Positions 17,432 through 25,939 of a stretch of DNA of 64,000 nt are shown here, piece after piece. The notes beneath the pieces are model-generated. The model saw only the letters and a list, made by a program, of their open reading frames with translations, was not told the DNA's origin and made no database searches. Position 1 is the stretch's first letter, and each line of letters opens with the position of its first letter. The DNA is from Bdellovibrionales bacterium (GTDB lineage Bacteria; Bdellovibrionota; Bdellovibrionia; Bdellovibrionales; UBA1609): assembly GCA_041740515.1 (NCBI GenBank), contig JBGSLV010000027.1, forward strand, positions 6,144 to 70,143. The letters are read 5' to 3'. The translations under genes and the position numbers were made by a program.

Positions 17432-18679
17432 TTATAAGTGTGGTGACGGTAGACCTTTACTAGATTTTCTTTTGTTTATAGATTTAGTAGCCAAAAAACC
17501 TTCACAAGCATTTACAATTTCCTTTTCAGGAATGAACAGCTCGAGTGGACCTAAGTTTAGAGCTAAAAATTCTTTGGGCAGCATTTCGGTCTGTAAAAGT
17601 GCTTTACGAAAAACATCCCAGTCTTTATGGGCAAACTCTGGATCATTTAAACGCTCTTTTACACCTTTAATAGCATCTGCATCGTTTCGTTCAATAATTG
17701 CATAAAGGGCTCGACCGCCCCACATAGGCTTAAACGACCATGCCACAGGTCGAACAGTATTGACATCACGCTCATCCAGTTTAATCATAGCCACCAGCAT
17801 TTCAGGATCATGTTGTAAGCCGCTTACATCATCAGGAAAATTAACAAATGCCCATTGAGCGATAAAAGAAAAAGTGCCTTGGTCCTCTTCTTCAGCTTGG
17901 GTTTTACGAAATATTTCCCAAAGGTGTTCGTTGTTATTTAAAACAGAAAATGGTTTCGAAAAAAAATATATAACTAAAACTCGAAGTTCGAACCGATTTA
18001 AATTAAAGATTAGTTTTGGTAGTAATTTATTTGTCAGATCACTAAATTTTTCTTGGGAAAAAACATTTGAAATCAAAAAACTTAAATTTGATTCTCTATT
18101 TAATATAGATTTACCAAAGTTAATTTCATAATCTAATATTTGCTGAATAAAACTTTGGACTTTGGCGGTATTTTCCAACTTTGCTAATGTTATAAAAAAA
18201 ATTCTAAAAAATTTGTCATCTATAATTGTTTGATACATCTTCATCAACTTAGGCCAATCTTGCTGGGAGAATAAACTATCAATTCCTTGATTCATGTCTT
18301 TAAGAATAGCAGCCCAATCCGGATTATTTGCAAGAACTTCATCTAGATTACTAGAATCAAAGGGCTGCGCGGTATCTTGCCTGCTTTGCGAACTAGGTTG
18401 AGATTTTAAACTTATGTCATAAGCACGGCGTAAATCCGGCGTTTTAACTTTGGCCCAGGCTTCATTAATTTCTACGAGCTTTTCGGTGGCAAGCCTTTCC
18501 CCATTAATGGCTCGAGGCATAAATTCTGAAACCAGCTTTCGAAATGCAGATTTTAAGTCTTTATCTGTGACAGTATTTGCTACACCTAAAACCTTGTAGA
18601 CATCGATTACTATTTGCGGCTTTGCAAATAAAGAAAAACTAAAAAAAACAGTACAAAGAGCTAAAGTAAAATTTTTCAT
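17432..18679 (-). CDS. secreted protein with N-terminal J-like domain lacking HPD
   Basis: Signal peptide, then DVYKVLGVANTVTDKDLKSAFRKLVSEFMPRAING...LVEINEAWAKVKTPDLRRAYD. This aligns to a DnaJ J-domain with HPD replaced by MPR. Confidence 0.5.
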   Translation of the reverse strand: MKNFTLALCTVFFSFSLFAKPQIVIDVYKVLGVANTVTDKDLKSAFRKLVSEFMPRAINGERLATEKLVEINEAWAKVKTPDLRRAYDISLKSQPSSQSRQDTAQPFDSSNLDEVLANNPDWAAILKDMNQGIDSLFSQQDWPKLMKMYQTIIDDKFFRIFFITLAKLENTAKVQSFIQQILDYEINFGKSILNRESNLSFLISNVFSQEKFSDLTNKLLPKLIFNLNRFELRVLVIYFFSKPFSVLNNNEHLWEIFRKTQAEEEDQGTFSFIAQWAFVNFPDDVSGLQHDPEMLVAMIKLDERDVNTVRPVAWSFKPMWGGRALYAIIERNDADAIKGVKERLNDPEFAHKDWDVFRKALLQTEMLPKEFLALNLGPLELFIPEKEIVNACEGFLATKSINKRKSSKGLPSPHL

Positions 18680-18762
18680 TTTTGATAAACTCCTAAAATC
18701 ACATAATTAATTTTTAAAATACGTAAATTTCTACAAGTCATTTTTTTTTTAAAATAAAAAAA

Positions 18763-19434
18763 CTAAAATGGGTCAAACAATATTAATTTTCCATCATTAG
18801 TTACTAAAACATTGTCTGGCTTGATAACTAAGGGCAAATATTCGGAATTAATTTTAAGAATAAAAGAGCGCATACTAAAGACTTCCGATGGACTTTCAAA
18901 TAGTGCATTTACGATTACTTTTCCACGAAAGTTCTCAACAATATAAGCATTTATGCGATCCCGAATGGCTAAGTACTGCTTTATCCAGGCTTCTCTTTGA
19001 CTTGTGGTACTTAAATTTTTATTAACAACATCTTCAAGGATCTCGCCCTGGTGATTTTCAAAAACTACAGTTAGTGTTTCCTTATCTACTCGTAAGATAC
19101 GGGGAACCACTAGCTCATCACTAGCGCTCATGGATGAGATGATATGTTTAAATAAACCCAAAGAAGCTAAATCTGTATTTAAACTATCTAAAGTGGTATA
19201 AACTTTGTGAATTTCAATCTCCCCACTAGTCGTAATAACTCTAAAAACTTCAGCGATAGCACCTTTTCCTAGCAAATAAAACTCGCCTTGGGCTTGAGTT
19301 GAATGATAAGTCCCGAGGCTTCCGAACAGTGCTTTAATACAGCTGTTAGTGGCCGTAACTGATGAGGACAAAAGAAGGATCAAGAGTATGGAAAATACGA
19401 TTTGATATTTTTCATTAAAAAGTTTTTTAGCCAT
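18763..19434 (-). CDS. secreted protein-kinase-like fragment (N-lobe plus catalytic loop only)
   Basis: Signal/TM. Gly-loop-like LLGKGAIAEVFRV, EIHKVY, then VIKPDNVLV ... LILFDPF immediately before a TAG stop. Confidence 0.4.
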   Translation of the reverse strand: MAKKLFNEKYQIVFSILLILLLSSSVTATNSCIKALFGSLGTYHSTQAQGEFYLLGKGAIAEVFRVITTSGEIEIHKVYTTLDSLNTDLASLGLFKHIISSMSASDELVVPRILRVDKETLTVVFENHQGEILEDVVNKNLSTTSQREAWIKQYLAIRDRINAYIVENFRGKVIVNALFESPSEVFSMRSFILKINSEYLPLVIKPDNVLVTNDGKLILFDPF

Positions 19435-19904
19435 AGTTAACTAACTTTAATGCTAATTATGTACCAACTATTTATTAACTCAGCTAATAATTTGATTTGA
19501 ATATTAAATGCTAAAGAGTCGTTTTTTAAGTCTTTTTTTCTAGGCTATAAATTATTTTCCTCATAAGTTTCTGAGCAACATTATAGGACTTTAGAAGTAT
19601 GAATAAATCTAATAAAATGTATCTAATAAGTTGACAGTAATGTGAGAGTGTAAGAAATTTTGTGTATGGGCGGATATCGCCACTTCTTTAATCAAATCCC
19701 TATCAAGTTAAGAATATGAGCGCAATGATTTTTTAGCGTTGTGGTGAAATTTCAAATTTAGATCAACTCAGTTTCTAGGCCCTAGGGCAAATTTACACCT
19801 TCTAGCTGATACTAAAAGGCACAATAAAACGTTGAAAGATCAGACCAAAACCAAAGGATTTAAAACAGAGGCTGACCTTGGGTACAGATTTTTTTAGAAT
19901 CTAT

Positions 19905-20327
19905 CTACAGTTGCGTGTCAACATCGTACATAAAGCTAACTTTACACCTTTGAAAAGCACCCACTCTTTCGATGACAACTAAGTTTCTATTCAAGTCATA
20001 TGACAGGTTTTTTCCCTTCAATGAAATTGAATTATTTGAAATTTCTTTCCATTCCCAGATTGCAGCATCAGCAAAACGGTCGCTAGCTGTAAGAGTGTTA
20101 ACTAGTAGCATTCCATCTGTTTTAAAATTTAGAATCAGATACATGGATGGATCATTAAACTGACACCATTGACCCTCAATTGTATCGCCGTCGGCATCTA
20201 GTGCTTTAACTCCAAATATAGATTCAAGATTCTTTGGTCCAATATTTACTCCAGAGTCTGCAGATGCATTTATTGAAAAAAGCAAGTTTACTAAGACAAG
20301 TAAAATAAAATTCATAAAAATCTCCAA
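19905..20327 (-). CDS. small secreted hypothetical protein
   Basis: Signal peptide FILLVLVNLLFSINASA. Lies inside the IS256 IR pair. Shares a repeated upstream segment with 20591..21058. Confidence 0.4.
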   Translation of the reverse strand: MEIFMNFILLVLVNLLFSINASADSGVNIGPKNLESIFGVKALDADGDTIEGQWCQFNDPSMYLILNFKTDGMLLVNTLTASDRFADAAIWEWKEISNNSISLKGKNLSYDLNRNLVVIERVGAFQRCKVSFMYDVDTQL

Positions 20328-20590
20328 TGTTAGTTTGTTTCTCCTTAATATATGTAAGCAGGATTAGATGCATCATATCCAAAGCGTAATTAGTTCTTTC
20401 TGAAAATATTATAAAAGACGCAGTTAAAACCCAATCCTTTAAACCTAATTAAACTCGGAAAGACACATTAAAAGTGTTTAAGTTTTTATTTAGAGCCAAA
20501 AAAGGTCGTTTTTTTACTCCCTTTTTTTAATCTACCGAAACGCTCAACAGATCGATGAAATCTTGGATTTCTAGCAAGGTATTACAAAAA

Positions 20591-21058
20591 TTAATTTTGA
20601 ATTTCTTCAAAATAGGACTTAGGGAATCTGGCGGATTTAGGGCTAAAAATCTCCATGCTAAATCCTACCGCTGGAATAACGTTAATAAAACACAAAGGAT
20701 CATTTGAATCTTCTAAACTGATTCTAACCCACTCCAGAGCGCCATCTCGCGTAATCTTCGTAGAAGCACTATTGAATATTACTCTATCTTGATAGGACGC
20801 ATCTTGTGGTGAATTGGATATGCTAATTAATTCACGTTCAATAAAATCCTTCGATAATAAATCATAGCAAGTTAGCATACCGCTAAAGCTTTCAATAACC
20901 TTTAGCTTAGCGCCAGGGCGAATGTTCGTGATACTATTCGCATTATGGTAATAACCCAGCTGCTTCCAAGTAAGATGTTCAGATTCTGCGAAAGAGCTTA
21001 AACTAAACAAAAAAAGTCCTAAAATACTCAATAATTTTCGTACCATAAATTTCTCCAC
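20591..21058 (-). CDS. small secreted hypothetical protein
   Basis: Signal peptide LLSILGLFLFSLSSFA. Same ME-x-FM start context as 19905..20327. Confidence 0.4.
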   Translation of the reverse strand: MEKFMVRKLLSILGLFLFSLSSFAESEHLTWKQLGYYHNANSITNIRPGAKLKVIESFSGMLTCYDLLSKDFIERELISISNSPQDASYQDRVIFNSASTKITRDGALEWVRISLEDSNDPLCFINVIPAVGFSMEIFSPKSARFPKSYFEEIQN

Positions 21059-21141
21059 GTATTTCTGATAAAAAGGCTTACAAATATTGGACCAAAACCT
21101 AATGTTTTAAATCCAATAAAACTTACAAAGACACATTAAAA

Positions 21142-21165
21142 CCGACAAAAAAGCGTTTTCGTCGG
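21142..21165 (-). terminator. putative intrinsic terminator after the transposase gene
   Basis: On the minus strand, CCGACGAAAACGCTTTTTTGTCGG hairpin followed by TTTTAATG. Confidence 0.45.
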
Positions 21166-21204
21166 TGCCAAAATTGTCACTTTTTTTGGTTTTAGCCCTA
21201 ACTA

Positions 21205-22452
21205 CTAAATCAGATCAAGCTTTATTCTATCTTCAAAATGAATTGAGAGTTGCGCTATCACCTGACCCCAGTTCCATTTAGGAGTTTTCCATCTTTGTGA
21301 AGTGTCTTTTATAGCCAAATATAGGATTTTGAATAGGGCGTCGTCTGTTGGAAACAAGGCTCTGTTTTTTGTAATCTTTCGCATTTGCCTATGAACATTT
21401 TCGACAATGTTTGTTGTATAAATAATCTTTCGAATGGGATGCGAGTATTTAAAATAGCTTGCAAGTGTTGGCCAATTGGATGTCCAAGAATTTATAACTA
21501 CAGGATACTTTTCACCCCATTTAATTTTTAGATCCTCAAGATTTTTGATGGCTAATTCTTCAGTCGCAGCTTGGTAAACAAGTTTTAAATCTTTTAAAAA
21601 TTCCTTTTGATGTTTTGAGCCAACGTACCTCAGAGAATTTCTAATTTGGTGGACAATGCAGGTCTGCACTTCAGTTTTAGGATAGATGCTCTTGATAGCA
21701 TCGGGAAAGCCTTTAAGCCCATCCACGCAGGCAATTAGAATATCACTGACACCTCGATTTTGAAGGTCCGTTAAAACAGAAAGCCAAAAAGTAGAGGATT
21801 CATTTTCGCCAATGTAGATGCCTAAAACGTCTTTCATGCCATTGTTGTCGATAGCAAGACAAGTGTAAGCCGCTTTACTTTTAATTTTACCATCAACTCT
21901 GACTTTAAAGTGGATAGCATCAAAAAAGACGATGGGATAAATAGCCTCTAAGGGTCTGGATTGCCACTCTTTAGCATGATCCAAAATCTTCTCAGTGATG
22001 CTAGAAATAGCTGTGGGCGAAATCTCAAGGCCAAAGTAGACGTCCTTTACATGACGTTCAATATCCCGGGTGGTCATGCCTTTGGCGTACATTGATATGA
22101 TTTGCTCTTCTAGTTTTGAACTAACCCCTTCATATTTTGGTACAGCTTTGGGCTCAAAGGTTCCTTCGCGATCTCTTGGGATATCAAGGTTAACTTTTCC
22201 ATGGGTGGTTTTAACAGATTTCTTGTAACTTCCATTTCTAGAGTTTGAGGTCAGTTTGGAATTTATATCACCAGGGGCATAACCCAAATGATCTTGAAGC
22301 TCTGCTTTAAGCATAGTCTCCATTGTATTTTTAAGCATGAGCTGAAGCGCGCCACCTTCTGAAAAAAGGTCATTCATTGTTTTGGCCTGTTTTAAAGCTG
22401 AGTTTACTTCTTCGGGATCGAATAGGAACTTATTTTTTTGGTCTTTGTGCAT
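21205..22452 (-). CDS. IS256-family (Mutator-type) DDE transposase
   Basis: 415 aa. The pattern ...LKAELQDHLGY...RNGSYKKSVKT..G.V.L.IPRDREG.FEP..V...ISMYAKGMTTRDI...FFDAIHFKVR...VLGIYIGENESSTFWLSVLTDLQNRGV.DILIACVDGLKGFPDAI...T.VQTCIVHQIRNS... is diagnostic of IS256 transposases. Confidence 0.92.
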   Translation of the reverse strand: MHKDQKNKFLFDPEEVNSALKQAKTMNDLFSEGGALQLMLKNTMETMLKAELQDHLGYAPGDINSKLTSNSRNGSYKKSVKTTHGKVNLDIPRDREGTFEPKAVPKYEGVSSKLEEQIISMYAKGMTTRDIERHVKDVYFGLEISPTAISSITEKILDHAKEWQSRPLEAIYPIVFFDAIHFKVRVDGKIKSKAAYTCLAIDNNGMKDVLGIYIGENESSTFWLSVLTDLQNRGVSDILIACVDGLKGFPDAIKSIYPKTEVQTCIVHQIRNSLRYVGSKHQKEFLKDLKLVYQAATEELAIKNLEDLKIKWGEKYPVVINSWTSNWPTLASYFKYSHPIRKIIYTTNIVENVHRQMRKITKNRALFPTDDALFKILYLAIKDTSQRWKTPKWNWGQVIAQLSIHFEDRIKLDLI

Positions 22453-22804
22453 AAGGCATTCTCCTTGTTAGATTGTTTCAAACAAGAAGTGGTAATGTCA
22501 CCCATACACAAAATAATTTACAGACCCGAAACATCAATTGGCACACTGCAGTTCCCTCTGACGATTTTTTAAGTCGTCCCAATTAGTTCTTTATAGATCC
22601 TTCATGGCTTTGTTTTTTTTAGTCTCTTTGTTAAAATAGATTAAAATCTATTCTAAAACTTTTTATGTAACATTTATGACTCAATTCATATTGCCATTTC
22701 AACCCGATAATTGTTGATTAGAGTTTGAAAAAAAAATATTTTTTAAACTTAAATATTAAATTTTTATAAAATTAAGTTTTATTTTAGCCTAAGTTTAATT
22801 TTTA

Positions 22805-22828
22805 GTTTAAGTTTAAGTTTAAGTTTAA
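22805..22828. repeat. (GTTTAA)4 tandem hexanucleotide repeat with degenerate flanking copies
   Basis: gtttaagtttaagtttaagtttaa read directly. About 95 bp upstream of the M13 peptidase start. Confidence 0.9.
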
Positions 22829-22922
22829 GTTTTTTTTTAGTTTTTTGTTTTAGCTCAATTTTAAGATTTTAGTGAAACTTAAAATTCATACTTTATAAGT
22901 TATTAATTTTATTAGGAGATTT

Positions 22923-24929
22923 ATGTTTATCAGAGTCCTTTTAAGCCTTTTCGTTTTGAGTTTAGCTACAGGTTGTTTTAAATCCAAACAGCCCTCTTTA
23001 AGTAGCCAAGAATTATATCAAGGCTTAAACATTCCACTTCGAAGAGATTTCACCTTAAGTTCAAAAGTTAAAGCTTGTGAAAATTTTCATGAATATGTCT
23101 GCGGCGAAACCGAATCTAATTTTAAACTTCCGGGCGACCGAGAGCGCTGGACCTTTTCTTTCACTGATAATGCAGAAAAGTTACTTCATGCAAAAAAGAA
23201 CTTTTTTTTGAATTTGGACAAATTCAAACCTAAAAATAATCGTAGTCAACAGTTCAAAGATGTTTATTCGGCTTGTATGAATGAAGACTCGTCTCGTGTT
23301 GAAGAGCTCGCTTTTATTAAGAATGAATCTAAAATATTAGCAGAAATCAAAACCAATCAACAGCTAGTTAAATTAGCTGAAAGTCGTTTTGATAAAGGTT
23401 TGACATCGTTTACCTACTTGGGACAAATCCCAAATAAAGAAAACCCACTGATCAACGATGCTTACATTGTATCAGATATTCGAAGTCTACCCGAACGCAG
23501 TTATTACCAAAATAAAGATTTAATAGAAAATTTTAAAGTGCTTTTAATTGATTTCTTCACGACAGTAGGGATGGATCAACCAGAGCAAAGAGCTAAATGG
23601 GTTATCGATTTTGAAACTAGATTAGCTATGGCAGCACCACTTCCGAACGAAATTCGAGGACGTTTTGCTGAAAAACGCGATATCACTCGCGAGGATTTTT
23701 TAAAATCTTATCCTGAATTACAATTTAATCGCATGATAGATCAATTACCAAGCTCTACCGTACTGATTGATTTAATCCCTGAGACTAACAGTTTTATGAA
23801 TCTGGCTTTTAAGTCAGAACCTATTGAGGCCTTAAAAAGTATTTATGCATTTCATAGCATGACAGATTTCATGGACGACGCTTATCCTGATTTTTATAGT
23901 AAATATTTTAACTTTAAGAGCAAATATTTGGGAGGCCCGAAGGAAAGATCCCCTCGACAAGAACGCTGTACTAAATTGGTTATGGACCAATTCGGCATGG
24001 AGCTTGATTATGAACTGATAGACCTTTTATTTCCGAAGTTTCCTTCCGAGCGAGCTGTAAATATGGGTGAATCGGTGCGCACTGCGATCATAGAAGGCAT
24101 GCAGAAGAACACATGGTTATCTAAGCCCACAAAAGAAGAAGCCATTAAAAAAATCAAAATGGCTAAATTGCATTTAGTAAAACCTCAGGCTGATAAAGAC
24201 TGGGATTTTATGCCGATAAAAAAATATGATGCCACTCAGCCTTATGCGAATCAAATTTTATACAGACAAACGGCCGTTGAGCAGACATTACAAGACCTTA
24301 AAGAGCCTAGAAACCCTAACAAATGGTATATGTCCCCTCTTGAAGTGAATGCGTATTATTCAGGTGCAGACAATAAATTTGTATTACCTCAAGGCATTTT
24401 ACAGTTTCCGTTTTTCTCTGCAGATATGAAAGACTTTGAAAACATAGCGGCCATTGGAATGATTGTTGGACACGAATTGGGTCATGGAATTGATGATAAA
24501 GGTTCAAAGTATGATTTTGAAGGTAAAGTTAGACAATGGTTTACGGAAGAAGATTTAAAAAAGTTTAAAGAACGTGGTGACCGGTTTATTGCCCAGTTTG
24601 ATAAAATTGGCCATGACGGTAAGCTGACTTTGGGCGAAAATATTGGGGATCATGTGGGTCTGACTTTTTCCTATAACGCTGCATTTCCTGAACCTAGTAA
24701 AGTAAGTCTTGAGGATAAACAAAAGTTTTTTGTGGCTTATGCGAGAATGTGGTGTGGAGTTCGTACTGACTCTTATAAACAAAAACAACTTAAAACTGAC
24801 CCACATGCTATAGGTTATGAACGTATCAACCAACAGGTCATACATCTTCCAAGCTTCCACGAAGCCTTTGGTTGTAAAGCGGGTGACAAAATGTTCTTAC
24901 CTGCCCAGGATCAAATCCGCATCTGGTAA
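22923..24929 (+). CDS. pepO: M13 family zinc metallopeptidase (PepO / endothelin-converting-enzyme-like), lipoprotein
   Basis: Lipobox LSLATGC. VNAYY, zinc motif VGHELGHGID, GENIGD and a C-terminal ...IRIW ending, all typical of M13. Confidence 0.85.
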   Translation: MFIRVLLSLFVLSLATGCFKSKQPSLSSQELYQGLNIPLRRDFTLSSKVKACENFHEYVCGETESNFKLPGDRERWTFSFTDNAEKLLHAKKNFFLNLDKFKPKNNRSQQFKDVYSACMNEDSSRVEELAFIKNESKILAEIKTNQQLVKLAESRFDKGLTSFTYLGQIPNKENPLINDAYIVSDIRSLPERSYYQNKDLIENFKVLLIDFFTTVGMDQPEQRAKWVIDFETRLAMAAPLPNEIRGRFAEKRDITREDFLKSYPELQFNRMIDQLPSSTVLIDLIPETNSFMNLAFKSEPIEALKSIYAFHSMTDFMDDAYPDFYSKYFNFKSKYLGGPKERSPRQERCTKLVMDQFGMELDYELIDLLFPKFPSERAVNMGESVRTAIIEGMQKNTWLSKPTKEEAIKKIKMAKLHLVKPQADKDWDFMPIKKYDATQPYANQILYRQTAVEQTLQDLKEPRNPNKWYMSPLEVNAYYSGADNKFVLPQGILQFPFFSADMKDFENIAAIGMIVGHELGHGIDDKGSKYDFEGKVRQWFTEEDLKKFKERGDRFIAQFDKIGHDGKLTLGENIGDHVGLTFSYNAAFPEPSKVSLEDKQKFFVAYARMWCGVRTDSYKQKQLKTDPHAIGYERINQQVIHLPSFHEAFGCKAGDKMFLPAQDQIRIW

Positions 24930-24933
24930 CCCC

Positions 24934-24955
24934 CTTAGGTGCCAGGTTCTTTTTT
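24934..24955 (+). repeat. REP-like element copy (CTTAGGTGCCAGGTTCTTTTTT)
   Basis: Near-identical to 25826..25847 and to the reverse complement of 25899..25920. Flanks the RayT gene. Confidence 0.8.
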
Positions 24956-25097
24956 GTGAATTTCTAACAAGTGATAAAAGGCCATGGTACCTTTCAAAAG
25001 TAAATTGAAAGATTTCTTATTTTTAGGGAAAATTTAAGAAATTATTTATCACACCTATTTCCTACGCTTAACTTAACGAAATTTTAAAATTTAGTTT

Positions 25098-25736
25098 TCA
25101 AAATACCTCACACTCTAAACGATTCAACTGACCTGATAATTTTATGCGAGCAAGTTTAAATTTAATTTTTTTTACCCCACGCTTAACAGCTAACCAATCC
25201 TCATCCCTTGTTGGTGTGTTGAGCCAGTTTATGGTTTTTTCTACGTCATTGAAAAGAATTGTATCGTTGAGCACAGGAAAGGAAGCTTTCTTAAGTCCTA
25301 ATAAAAACGCAAGAGAACTATATGGGTACAATTCGCACTTCGACAACATGCCTGCTTGAACTGGGTTTCTGTAAACATATTTATAAACATGTTGAAAATA
25401 GATATCTGATTTTATCAAACTTCTTGAATAACGAGCACCGAAAGCTTGATTTATGCGACCAGTGGAATTGTTGATTTGACGGCTACATTCTTTCATGAAT
25501 CTTGCCATGATAACATCCAAATTTGAAGAAGGAGTTGAAATTAACATGTGAAAATTATTATTCATAAGTACAAAACTATGAATACGAGCATCATACGAAT
25601 TGTAAATATAGAATAATTGCTCAGACATAATGGTCCAAACTTTATCTAAGGGTAAGTTGAACCACTGGTCATTAAAACAACGAGCGGAAACATAATAAGG
25701 AAAATCGGATTGCAATATTAAATTGGGTCGAGGCAA
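25098..25736 (-). CDS. rayT: REP-associated tyrosine transposase (RayT; IS200/IS605-like Y1 transposase)
   Basis: C-terminal catalytic region YKYVYRNPVQAGM (Y-x3-NPV-x-AG). HUH position reads NNFHML. Flanked on both sides by the same short GC-rich repeat. Confidence 0.75.
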   Translation of the reverse strand: MPRPNLILQSDFPYYVSARCFNDQWFNLPLDKVWTIMSEQLFYIYNSYDARIHSFVLMNNNFHMLISTPSSNLDVIMARFMKECSRQINNSTGRINQAFGARYSRSLIKSDIYFQHVYKYVYRNPVQAGMLSKCELYPYSSLAFLLGLKKASFPVLNDTILFNDVEKTINWLNTPTRDEDWLAVKRGVKKIKFKLARIKLSGQLNRLECEVF

Positions 25737-25825
25737 GACCTAATACCTTCAAACATAAATATTAATTAAAATGGCTTTAATTACATTAGGATTTTAAGAC
25801 ACCTTAACTTCGGACATCCTAACGA

Positions 25826-25920
25826 CTAAGGTGCCAGGTTCTTTTTTCTTAAAAGAAAAATCCAGGCATCCTACCTAACACCTTAGTAACTTGATAAGAA
25901 AAAAGAACCTGGCACCTAAG
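25826..25920. repeat. inverted pair of REP-like elements (BIME-like)
   Basis: CTAAGGTGCCAGGTTCTTTTTT (25826..25847) and AAAAAAGAACCTGGCACCTAAG (25899..25920) are complementary except for one base. The spacer is 51 nt. Confidence 0.85.
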
Positions 25921-25939
25921 CCTAGCGTGAAGGTTTGGG

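Larger units (their letters stand above)
19644..22527 (-). mobile_element. IS256-family element delimited by matching ~44-bp terminal inverted repeats; 2.9 kb, includes two non-transposase ORFs (alternatively IS plus solo IR)
   Basis: 19644..19688 GAGAGTGTAAGAAATTTTGTGTATGGGCGGATATCGCCACTTCTT is about 75% identical to the reverse complement of 22484..22527 (GGGTCTGTAAATTATTTTGTGTATGGGTGACATTACCACTTCTT). No similar IR lies between the transposase stop (21205) and 21059. Confidence 0.5.

Noticed and set aside
21059-21204. Expected proximal inverted repeat of the IS256 element just beyond the transposase stop
   Set aside because: I looked for the TTTGTGTATGGG / CCCATACACAAA core and found none. 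Only a terminator-like hairpin is present, hence the extended-element interpretation.
22741-22860. CRISPR-like or other interspaced repeat array
   Set aside because: This is only a simple hexanucleotide microsatellite in AT-rich DNA, with no spacers and no repeats of 24-40 nt.
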